Below are positions 26,191 through 37,065 of a stretch of 47,966 nucleotides of DNA, in pieces; the stretch's first letter is position 1; every line of letters begins with the position of its first letter. Source of the stretch: Octopus bimaculoides (Eukaryota). The notes beneath the pieces were generated by a model that had not been told where the DNA came from, did no database searches, and was given only the letters and a program-made list of their open reading frames with translations. The translations under genes were made by a program, and so were the position numbers. The stretch lies in contig NC_068998.1 in NCBI RefSeq assembly GCF_001194135.2, positions 34,820,816 through 34,868,781 on the forward strand. Reading direction: 5' to 3'.

Positions 26191-26409
26191 CTCTTTAGGA
26201 TTTAAACTGGCCATATCTGGCCCAAATATTCTGCTGTTTCATGTTTAAACTGGCCAGATCCGGTCTCCCACACCTACCTTTTAAAGTCATACTAAAAATA
26301 AAAAGTTACATCATTGAAATCACAAAGCTATGAGACACTGTATGATTAGTTCAAAATAATGTGAATAAATAAGCATTACACTTGATAGACTAATCTGAAT
26401 GCTAAAGGG
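26191..26409 (+). mobile_element. piggyBac-type MITE
   Basis: TTAA|ctctttag...ctaaaggg|TTGA; same body as 41804-42023. Confidence 0.8.
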
Positions 26410-28439
26410 TTGATATTCCTATGGGTCTTTAAGTTTAAAGAGTCATTAAGGTGAACACATCTCCCCAAGTTCTTTCACATTTGCAGTTCATTTTTATTAC
26501 TGAAATGTTTCCTCACCCATGCTTTAGAAAGTTCAGTGACACTGATCACCCATTGAACAATACTACTGATTTCTAACATTTAATTAATTAAAAGCAGAAA
26601 ACTGTATCAGATGATTTATCAGTATGTTGCTTGAGGCTGCTCTGCATTAATTATAACTGGTTTGGAATGTGGAGGAGAAATCTTTTCAAGAGATATTTAA
26701 CACCTTCAGCAATGTGTCGCATTATTATATTTTCTGTAAAGTAAATAGGTTCATTTAAAAGGAAGACTATTGTAATATAGTGCTTTCACCTGGTTGATAA
26801 TTAATGAGACATCTGATAAGTGACAGTAGCTACCTGTTCTCTGATTTACCCAATAGTGCATGCCAAAATTTCAAAATTTCACACTTAGTAAGCAGGATGA
26901 AACTAACTGGCATTTCACATTGACATAAATCGTAGACGTTAAACAACTATAACTACTACCACTGCTGCTAGTACAGCCACGGCAATAATTATGCATGTAA
27001 AGAACAACTCAAATGTGTGTGTGCATGTGTGTGTGTGAGGAGAAGTGGGGTTCATGTTTGAACTTCTATTTGTTTATTTTATACTTCATACAGAATCATG
27101 AAAAACCTTTAAATTAATGATCTGTTCAAGTTACCACTCATCTTAATTGGATCTAACCAAGAAAATGTTTTATTTATATTTTTGTTTTCCTCTTCATCTA
27201 TTCTTATCACTTTAATTTTTCCATTGCACACACACACTCACACACAATTTCCCAAGTGGCTGAGCTGGTTTCTGATGTAATATAATTTATCTCAACCTTA
27301 CCTTAAATACGTTGAAATATCTGCCTCGTGTCACAGTGACTTCAGTTATGTTCACTAAGATACTATGAGTTCTGGAGTCATCATCATCATCACTAGCATT
27401 GTCATGATTTTCATTATAATCTTTGTTGTTAGTATCATCTTGCCATCACAACGTCCATATAATCATCGCCATCACCACCATCATCATCACCATCACCACT
27501 AACCACCACCACCACCACTACTACCATCATCATTATTATTTTAGCAAGTATTTTTCTTTGCTAGATTTATAATTCTAACTTCAATCTTCAAGCATTTTAG
27601 AAAGAATTTTGCCCTTAACTAACAGTTGATATTCTATATAATCTATATTTCTCTTAAGTAGGAGTTCAACATTGTCCCAAGTCAGCTTCACTTCAGCCAG
27701 ATTATATGTGTATTATGAACAACAATTAGATATGTAGTTGTATGCAATATATGCAAATTGATGATCAGCTGAGTGCAATAGACAGCAATTAAACGTAGTT
27801 GTATATAATATACAGCAATTAGACAGGTAACTGTGTGCAACAGAGAGTGGTTTTCAACTAGACAGTAGGATAAGTAGAAGTAATCAACTTAATATGCTTG
27901 TACCTAAGTGGGTGGTACTAAAGTTTGTTGAACCAGCGTGGGTGATAACAGAGTAATCAATTCTAGAGTTAATGGAATGAAAGTTGGTCACAGCAGATTT
28001 ATTAGCAGAAAAGTGGATGGTACCAGATTTAGTGAACCCCAATGAAATGAGAATGTATAGCACTGGAGAGAAACAGTTTTACTATTATAATGAATTTTGT
28101 AATTTCTAGCATAAACATAATACCACAGAATTTAGTGCAAGGTTGAGATTATTTTAAATGGTATCAATACTTGACAGGTAGATATTTCCTCAACATTAGA
28201 AGAATGAAAGACAAAGTAGGCTTCAGTAGAATACGAATGCAGAACATAACCATTTACATTCCGAATTCAGGACATGTATTTATTCTGTCACCCTATGGTT
28301 GCCATATTTTATTCTATAACTACTATCTCTGAAGAGTGCAGAGTTATATAGGTAGGCTGTTATCTAATGCTCCATTGAATCCCTAGTGCAAAACTGATTT
28401 GTATGATCAGCCATAATGGATATATAATATTGTACACTT

Positions 28440-28487
<48 letters not shown>

Positions 28488-28609
28488 GTGATAGATAAAT
28501 TATAAATTTATGAAACAAATATTCATTCAGAATTAATTTTAAAAGTAGGATGATAAAACATACAATAATTAAAATTATATATCTAAAAAAAAAAAAAAAT
28601 TTCCACTTG

Positions 28610-28880
28610 TGGTGATCATGGTACCCAATGTTCCTGATTCCATCAATTCCCTTCCTATATTGTTTGTGGCTGGAGATTTCAATTCTCTTTGGTGAGAAGC
28701 CCCTGGGTTGCTATAGACAAGGGAGGTGCCATGTTCTCAGTGTCATTGAAATATACTACTTTGTAAAGTCTATCTAAAGTTTCCACTAGAATTCTGTTGT
28801 TTTTATGTTGTTTATGATGTGATCCCATTTCCTTTTTAATCCATTCTGTCTGGAAATTCCTCATGTATACAGCATGGGTC
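28610..28880 (-). pseudogene. Possible old relative of the ORF1-like gene at 33.6-34.2 kb
   Basis: RLYKVVYF..ATQGLLTKEN*NLQPQ loosely parallels YRMVKVYF..STMPLSTEEWALLPVY; contains stops and frameshifts. Confidence 0.3.
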
Positions 28881-29416
28881 TCTTACAGTATAAGATTGTT
28901 ATTGTGTATATTGTATAAAATTCTTATTTGTCGTATGAACGGTTATGAATTTCATGTTATGCAGAGTGGGGATTAGTTCAATATTCTCATAAGATATTGG
29001 CAATCCTTCATAAGTTATGAGTTCTTTTACATAGGTGTGTCGCACCAATCATTAGAATTTTTTTTTTATGTTAAGTTTTTTCCTGAGCACCTCTTACAGA
29101 TTTGGCTAACAGTGCATATAGAAATCAGCTACAAAGAAGAAGTGTAATATAGTGTGTCCTTGTAACTAAGATTCCAGAAAATCCAGCTGATGAAATTATT
29201 TCATGAGGAGAAAATAAAAACATAAAATGAAGATGTATGTGAGGTGAATATATATTTATTTAACCATGTGATTTCTATGGGATTATGGCACTTTCCAAAT
29301 GTAATTTCTTCACTTCTGAAATTAACACCAGATGAAAAAGGTTGTGAAATGGCTATAATCTTATAAAAGTTCTGTGATCAAGTAAATATGTATTCAGCTC
29401 TTATACTTCGTAACAT

Positions 29417-29460
<44 letters not shown>

Positions 29461-29493
29461 ATATGTATGTGTATATATGTATGTATGTAAATG

Positions 29494-29580
<87 letters not shown>

Positions 29581-29654
29581 GTGTGTGTGTATGTATGTAT
29601 GTATGTATGTATGTATGTATGTATGTATAAGTATATATATATATGTATGTATAT

Positions 29655-29820
29655 ATACAGCGTGTGATGGGTAAATTGTCACCATTTTATATTTTTAATT
29701 TCACGCATGTGCATTGTTTGTTTTTGATTTTGTTGACTACACAGTAGAGAAGGGTCAGTTGGGCAGCATCTGTGAGAAAAACAGCACCATGATGCAATTA
29801 ACTCAGCCAGAAATTTAGAA
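29655..29820 (+). mobile_element. 5' end (TIR region) of a Tc1/mariner family also present at 46935-47606
   Basis: TA|cagcgtgtgatgggtaaattgtcacc; body matches 46935-47040. Confidence 0.75.
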
Positions 29821-29834
29821 ACGACATATTTTTT

Positions 29835-30235
29835 ATCTTTTACTTATTTCAGTCACTTGACTGTGGCCATGCTGGGGCACTGCCTTGAGGGTTTTAGTTG
29901 AGCAAATTGACTCCAGGAATTACGTTTCAAAAACCTAATACTTATTCTATCTTGCTTTTTTTTTTTGCCTAACCACTAAGTTACAGGGATGTAAACACAC
30001 CAGCACCGGTTGTCAAGTGGTGATGTGTGTGTGTGTGTGGTGCATGTATATATATATGTATGTGTGTTTACATACCTATATCTATCTATCTACCTGTCTA
30101 TATATATGCTGAGTTTCTCTCAGTTTCTGTCTACTGAATCCACTCACATGACTTTGGTCAGAAAACACTTGCTCAAGGTGCTTCACAATGGGATTGAACC
30201 ATAGTTGGGAAGCAAGCTTCTTACTACACAGCTAC
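29835..30235 (-). mobile_element. Composite SINE (A+B)
   Basis: Same module order as the other copies. Confidence 0.8.
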
Positions 30236-32904
30236 ACTAGAGCCTGTGAAATATTAATATAGAAAGTGAGAGTGAGTGAGATAGTTGTATAGATAGATTT
30301 TACAAACATACAACACAGATACATGCATATGTCTCTGTGTGTGTGTGTGTGTGTGTGCACCCACCCAACCAACACAAACACATGTTTAACAACCCAATTT
30401 ATACTTGTTTGTTTGTACAGTATTGTAATTTGTTGCATAGATTGTATTGTATTATATTTTAACATTGTGGCTCTTCTGGCCTTGTGACAAATAATGAAAC
30501 CATTATTTTCAATACCAAGTTATAATCATTTATTTTACTCTTTTCTTTTTCTCTGAAAATTACAAATTTTTGTAATGAATTTCACAGAAAATAATTTCTG
30601 TTCGAAACAATTATCCCTTTGAAATATTGTTTCAAAGTAAAAGCATTGTTATTCTTGGTTTCTCTTTTCTCTTTCTTTCTCTCTTTTTTTTTTTTTTTTT
30701 TCACTTTCCATTTTGTTATGTGATCTTGTTATTATCACCATGGCTTTGATTTTATATTGTTGGTCTGTTGTTGATTTACTGTTGATTTTGATTTGTTATT
30801 TCTCTTGTTTTTGGCTGCTCTCTTCTTACTGCCCTGCCATGCCCCTGGTCAGTTCCACACGAGTCCTCCAAGTAGCTTGATCACAGAATTGCTCAATCAG
30901 AATTCTATTGTCTTTCTTCAAAGAGACATTTCATCCCAAGATATCGATATAGAACATGTTGTGCATACTTTTTTTTTATGTTGTTATTTTAGGGAGTTAG
31001 ATGAGAGAGATTTAATTACAACATCAAATAGATCAGATGACTGCAATGGGTGGCATAAAATTCACTTCCCAACCACATGGTTCCAGGATTAGATACACTG
31101 AATGCCCCCCCCCCCCCTTAGACAAGTATCTTTTATGAAAGTTCCAAGCCAACTTAAACCCTTGCAAGTAAATTTGCTTAACAAATGCTCAAAGAAGGTC
31201 ATCATATATGTGTACGCTTATGTGTATGTGTGTTCTCATATCTTAACATCATATAATAGCTATAAAGAAACATCACTGTCATACAAGTCCCTCACTTCTA
31301 CTCTTCCATGAAAACATGTTCAGTCACAGGAAAATATTACTTTACTGGGAAAGAAGGGGAGGTTGGTGACTGAAAGGGCATCCAGCTGTAGTAAATGTAC
31401 CTCAGAGAATTCTGTCTAACCCCTGCAAGAATGGAAAAGAGGATGTTAAAACGACTTACTGCAGCTACCATTGTTACAGAGGAAAGGATTCTCTTCTTCT
31501 GCACTTTGTGGATTTCAGAATATGTTCCTACTTCCTACTTCACAAACAGTACGAAACTGATCTTAAAGCCACATTAGCATGGAATTTCCTTTCCATTGAA
31601 AGACATGCCAAACAAAAGAAAAAAATTCAGTCATCCAGCTTGTAATTAAAGCTATTTACATGCAAATGTTTGGTTTAAATATTAAATGAACCTTCTTGTA
31701 TGTTTCCATTTAAAAGAAATATAAAAGTGCAGATGACATTTGAAATACTTTTTTCAAACATTTTATAATAAAGAGCTATTCAAAAATTACCCTTTTATCC
31801 ATTTCAATAGAATTTTTATCTCTTCTGAGTTACTTGAAATATTAAACCCTGAAGGATAAAAGATGAAATCTGTAAATTTTTGCAGTTCCATTTCTTTCAT
31901 AATTTTATGTATGAATTTTTGCAAAAAAACATACTTTTTTAAAAGCTACTATTTAGAGACAGTGGAGGAAATGCCACAGTGATTAGAGCAAATACTCTAT
32001 ATAAATTGCAATATATACATTTTAATATAAGAAGTTTGCTTCACAACCACATGGTCCCAGGTTCAGTCCCACTGTATGGCACTTTGGGCAAATGCCTTTG
32101 ACAATAGTCTCAGGTCAACCAAAGCCTTGTGACTGCTGAATCAGTCGTTAAGTGTCCCACCTGCTAGATGAGTCAAAACAATTGTTGTGATTAATAAAAC
32201 TTCTTGTATGTTCCATCTTCCATTTACCATATATATAATATTAATGGTTTCTTATTATGAAACTAATAGATTTTATACAAGGCTGCAAGGATAAGTGCTC
32301 AGAATAATTGAGACAAGAGTAAAATATTAGTTATAGAATAAAAACGCTGGGTTAACGACTCAACATATCACACCCCCTCAATGAACATATATAAGATATA
32401 AAATGTAATCCGTCAAACGTAAGGAATAAGAAGATATAACATAAGAAAAATAACGCAAGAAGAAATAATAAATAAAAAAATAAGAAATATATACGAAGTA
32501 CGATGTAAGAAATAGAACATATAGTATAAAATTTTATACACGAATATATTATATCAACGGATAACATACAAATGAAAAAAATTGAGTTAAAGGTATAATA
32601 CAATACACATATATATCATTTCATAGAAGTTAAAATTAATACAATGAAAAATTTCAAATATAATATATTATAGGTCGATATAAAATAAAGTAAAATAAAA
32701 TAAAGAAATGAGGTACCATAAAATAGTCCATCGGTTAAAAATCAAGGACAGAACCTTTAAAATGATTTAACACCATTTAGCGTTAAAACACAAAGTTCTA
32801 CACCTCCCCCAGGCACATTTTACAACTCAAAAACAGTAGACACCAATAGGCAAGTCCGCACCAGTTAGGTATATACAAGAGTGAATAAAGGCACCCAGCA
32901 GGTA

Positions 32905-34335
32905 AATCTTTATTACAGGCACGAAGGCCTCATTTACAAAGAAGGGGGACATTACAAGGACAGACAACACAAAACGTTGAATTATGAGATGAAATGAGTA
33001 AATTACAATATGATGATGGAATGGCTTGCGAGTCCCCCAAAGCTCGCAGTTTCATTTCACAGTTTTCTTATACAGTTCTTATTCTTTCATTATTATGTAT
33101 TGCTTCAGCTCCTCCGCCGTTACGACGCTTGGCAAAGTGTTGTAGCCCACATATAACCCACTTAGTTGGAAATCAAATCTGTTCATTTCTTGCAGTTTCT
33201 TCGCTATCCATTCCTCCACCACTATTGCTTTTGTTTCATCATCAAATGTTTCGGGTTCTAATTTCAGTCGCACCAATCCTTTTATCTTAGCTATCGTTTT
33301 TTCCTACACCCTTATTGTAGAAAAGTATTGTTCTAATATTTTTAAAATCTACCTTTCCGATTATCCTGCCTTCGCCTTTTCCTTCTGTTCCATCAACACA
33401 GTCCACCNNNNNNNNNNNNNNNNNNNNNNNNNNNNNNNNNNNNNNNNNNNNNNNNNNNNNNNNNNNNNNNNNNNNNNNNNNNNNNNNNNNNNNNNNNNNN
33501 NNNNNNNNNNNNNNNNNNNNNNNNNNNNNNNNNNNNNNNNNNNNNNNNNNNNNNNNNNNNNNNNNNNNNNNNNTCATCGGGAAGCACTAATTCCTCAGCA
33601 ATGTTGTGCAGGTCCGGTATGGTAATGTGGGCTAGAATTTCTACCCCAAAACCCCACCATTCGATTTCTCTCGACCTCTCCACTTTAATGATATCCACCT
33701 TGTCTTTGCATTTATATATTACCGCTGACACCAACCATTCCATATCTATCTCCAACGGTACTCTACCAATCCTCACTCTTGCCGCCCTTCTACCGCAATA
33801 CACTGGTAAAAGGGCCCATTCTTCTGTACTCAGAGGCATGGTAGAGTATTTCTTAGCTCCTTGCTCCGTCTTGAAATACACCTTCACCATTCTGTATTTT
33901 TTTCCTCTCATAAACAGCACAACTTCCTCTGTGATTTCCTTCAGACACTTCTCAATCATTTCAATGTCTGCTATTTCTATTTTCTTGGAGCCGATTCTTA
34001 AAGTTTTATATGTGATAATTTTCTTTTCTGCTTCTTTCATCACTTCTTTGGGAGGGTCGACCCTCAAACAGTCTCCCTCCTTCTTCAAATATTTGAAATG
34101 TTTCTTCAAATTTTCCATATCTACCTTCACCTCTCTCATTCCCATGTCGCTGGTTGGCCTGCCGCTGCTAGTTGCAGCTGCGTAGCTGGTAGTCATATTA
34201 AACCACCTCAGCAAAGGCTTTCAACAACAAAACAATTCTAACAAAACAGCAACAATATAATAACAGGTCCTCAACAAATTCCTACAACCTATTTCTACTC
34301 ACGCGCTCCTTCAGAACATGACACAATTCAACGAA
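32905..34335 (-). mobile_element. ORF1-only non-autonomous non-LTR retroelement (HAL1-like architecture)
   Basis: About 140-nt leader, gag/ORF1-like frame, short 3'UTR with stem-loop (33027-33048) and AATAAA (32914-32909); no room for RT or endonuclease. Confidence 0.5.
33574..34196 (-). CDS. LINE ORF1/gag-like protein, N-terminal 207 codons open up to the N-gap; probable C-terminal part (33405-33079) carries three stops
   Basis: MTTSYAAAT start; RRM-like segments MVKVYFKTEQGA and VRIGRVPLEIDMEWLVSAV; the only long non-microsatellite ORF in the window. Confidence 0.55.
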
Positions 34336-34548
34336 GTTGCAGAAGGGAATTACTTCGGTGAACTTATTTAAGGTTTTTGATCCAAAAGACCTGAGTATTG
34401 CAAGGGATTCCCTAATACATAATGAACATTTACTAATGTTTGCCTTAAAGTAGGGGGCTCTCGATATAATAGACCATTCAAGAGAGTACTGTATATTTTT
34501 CTTCTTGAGGTCATGCAAATAAGAGGCGAGTGTGGTAGAGCTACAGTA
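34336..34548 (-). pseudogene. PLE GIY-YIG endonuclease C-terminal fragment (inverted copy)
   Basis: STTLASYLHDLKKKNIQYSLEWSIISRAPYFKANISKCSLCIRESLAIL...LNKFTEVIPFC matches the PLE TxLSKYIWxLK...IxWSI...CxLCxxEK...LNKRxE..xC pattern. Confidence 0.85.
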
Positions 34549-34550
34549 TA

Positions 34551-34649
34551 AATAAGTTCACTGAAGTAATCCCCTTCTGCAACCATAAGTTTTCCTCCAC
34601 CTTCTTGAAACTGTATAGAAATAAAAATGAATTTAAAAACAATAGATAA
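34551..34649 (+). pseudogene. Extreme C-terminus of the same PLE ORF on the + strand
   Basis: NKFTEVIPFCNHKFSSTFLKLYRNKNEFKNNR*; the first 35 nt (34549-34583) duplicate 34336-34370 in inverted orientation (33/35). Confidence 0.75.
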
Positions 34650-34868
34650 TAACAAGTGTAATAGTTTGCGTTAGGGTGATTTGATACTGCAGCCTATTTG
34701 ACTATTCTAAAATAGCATTTTTATTTCTTTTTCTTTTCTTTTCTTTTTTTCCTTTCCATTATTTGCATAGGCTTGTCTAAGGCTGGTCCATATCAACTAT
34801 ATAAGTTTGCTCTTATTTAAAAACTGTTTTGCCATTTGTGCATGTCAGGACATTTGTGTGTAAGTTTA

Positions 34869-34946
34869 CCCTGACGAAGGGGTCATCACCAGCTTGTACT
34901 GTATTGTGTTTAGAATACAGTGGTGTACCCCTGAAATGGCCATAGG
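34869..34946 (+). ncRNA. Candidate minimal type I hammerhead ribozyme in the PLE 3' region
   Basis: CTGACGA (34871-77), stem II AGGGGT/ACCCCT extended by CACCA/TGGTG and CTGTATT/AATACAG, GAAA (34933-36), palindromic ATGGCCAT stem III, AUA cleavage triplet; stem I is weak (CC/GG then a mismatch). Confidence 0.6.
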
Positions 34947-35367
34947 AGTTGTACATGGTTTTCGTGAAATTGATTTTACCAATTGATACCTGCTGGGTGC
35001 CATATTTGTATTTTGACCCATGTGTTGTGAACTTTTGGACTTGGTGAGTGAAATTAAATTTTACATGTTTTACCTGCTGATACCTGCTGGGTGCCTTTAT
35101 TCACTCTTGTATATACCTAACTGGTGCGGACTTGCCTATTGGTGTCTATTGTTTTTGAGTTGTAGAATGTGCTTGAGGGAGGTGTAAAACTTTGTGTTTT
35201 AACGCTAAATGGTGTTAAATCATTTTAAAGGTTCTGTCCTTGATTTTCATCCGATGGACTACTTTATGGTACCTCATTTCTTTCTTTTTTTTTACTTTAT
35301 TTTATATCGACCTATATTATATTATATTTAAAATTTTTAATTGTATTGATTTTAACTTCTATGAAAT

Positions 35368-35553
35368 TTGCAGAGGAATTTGTAGTGGGTAGCTTAGCTT
35401 AATTGGCCAAAGCATCGTGACATGTAATCACAGGGATGTGAGTTCGAGTCCACAGGTAGCCACCTACACTTTTCTCTGCAAAATAGGGGTAGTTTATCCT
35501 GTTCAGGCCATATTATTAGCATTATTCTGCGACTGAGAATTTAAAATCACTTA
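35368..35553 (+). mobile_element. 186-bp tRNA-containing insertion with 17-bp TSD
   Basis: TSD tttaacttctatgaaat at 35351-35367 and 35554-35570; the empty site is present in the left arm at about 32620-32636. Confidence 0.85.
35388..35462 (+). tRNA. tRNA-Thr(TGT)-like sequence (pseudogene or SINE head)
   Basis: A box TAGCTTAATTGG, B box GTTCGAGTC, anticodon arm CGTGA-CATGTAA-TCACA; imperfect acceptor and T stems, and position 33 is A rather than U. Confidence 0.65.
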
Positions 35554-35863
35554 TTTAACTTTCTATGAAATGATATATATATATGTATTGTATAATACCT
35601 TTAACTCAATTTTTTTTATTTGTATGTTATCAGTTGATATAATATATTTGTGTATAAAATTTTATACTATATGTTCTATTTCTTGCATCGTACTTCTTAT
35701 ATATTTCTTATTCTTTTATTTATTATTTCTTCTTGTGTTATTTTTCTTACGTTATATCTTCTTATTCCTTATGTTTGAGGGATTATGTTGTATATCTTCT
35801 ATATGTTCATTGAGGGGTGTGATATGTTGAGTCGTTAACCCAGCATTTTTATTCTATAACTAA

Positions 35864-35900
<37 letters not shown>

Positions 35901-35902
35901 GC

Positions 35903-35970
<68 letters not shown>

Positions 35971-36014
35971 CACACACACACACATATATATATGTATAAA
36001 TGTGTGTATTTTTA

Positions 36015-36456
36015 GGTCTGTGCTTGTCCACCACCACTGTTTAGCAACTAATGTTGGTGTGTTTATGTCTCTGTAACCAAGTGGTTTGGCAAAAGAGACT
36101 GATAGAATAAGTGCCAGACTTAAAAAAAAAAATGAAGTACTGGGTGGCAGGTGGGGCGATTCATTCAATTAAAAATTCTTCAAAGGATTGCTGCAATCTA
36201 ATAACTGAAACAAACTATAAAAGAAAAAATAACATGTTTGGCTTCTTTTATCTGTCCCCTGAAGTGCAAATGCTCTTTTATTGGGATTGGTATGATACCC
36301 CATTTTATGAGATTTTTACTGGCATTTTCCATTGCAGCTTAATGACTGTTGAGGGATTATGTACAAGCTCAACCCACTGAGGTGGACAAGTATTTTTTAC
36401 TTATTTCATCATATTGTGTCCTTAATCAGTACACTTAACAACTCAGACATCTTGCT

Positions 36457-36491
<35 letters not shown>

Positions 36492-36700
36492 CCATGTATA
36501 CATTGTTGTTTTTGTCTGCCTCTGTTTCACAACTAGTGTCAGTAGTGTTCGTTTGCTTACATCTCCACAACTTTGTGAATCAGCAAAAAGAAACTGATAA
36601 AACAAGTACCAGATTGAAAATAAGAGCTGGGCATGATTGGATTAACTAAACTCGTTAAGGTAGTGCCACAGCATGGTCACTGTTCAAAGACGAGAACAAG
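36015..36700 (+). mobile_element. Two SINE B-module copies (about 36015-36215 and 36495-36700)
   Basis: tgttggtgtgttta.gtc...gcaaaagagactgatagaataag motif. Confidence 0.65.
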
Positions 36701-37028
36701 TAATATAATACATATGTATAACAAAACTGAAAAAAATGTGTTCAATACAAGCATTAAAAGTCTTCAGCACACAGGATACCCTTTCAGGCAAATGCATGTT
36801 CTGTGAGACACTTCTTGAGAACCACTACACTAAATTATCTTAATTATGTAACAACTGATCATTTTTCAAAGAAATCCTTATGCTTCAAAACTAACTGTTG
36901 ATTTTACAAATGATATATTCATTTCCAAATTTACTTGTGTGTGTGTGCGCATATACTGATACATATATATATGCGTATATATACATTTGTATGTATATAT
37001 ATATGTATATGCATGCATATATCTATGT

Positions 37029-37059
<31 letters not shown>

Positions 37060-37065
37060 CGTATG

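Larger units (their letters stand above)
32322..35868. mobile_element. Inverted (outward-facing) pair of Penelope-like element 3' ends with internal cargo
   Basis: Left arm 32322-32904 is the reverse complement of right arm 35081-35868 minus a 203-bp insertion; both outer ends read aaatattagttatagaata; GIY-YIG C-terminus on both strands near 34.3-34.65 kb. Confidence 0.8.

Noticed and set aside
30790-30960. GC-richer patch with a GH-R-A knuckle-like frame on the minus strand
   Set aside because: The Cys residues needed for a CCHC knuckle are missing and the frames are broken; too weak to call
33601-34185. 194-aa plus-strand ORF
   Set aside because: Antisense shadow of the ORF1-like frame (Ser/Phe/Ile-rich complement of Glu/Lys codons)
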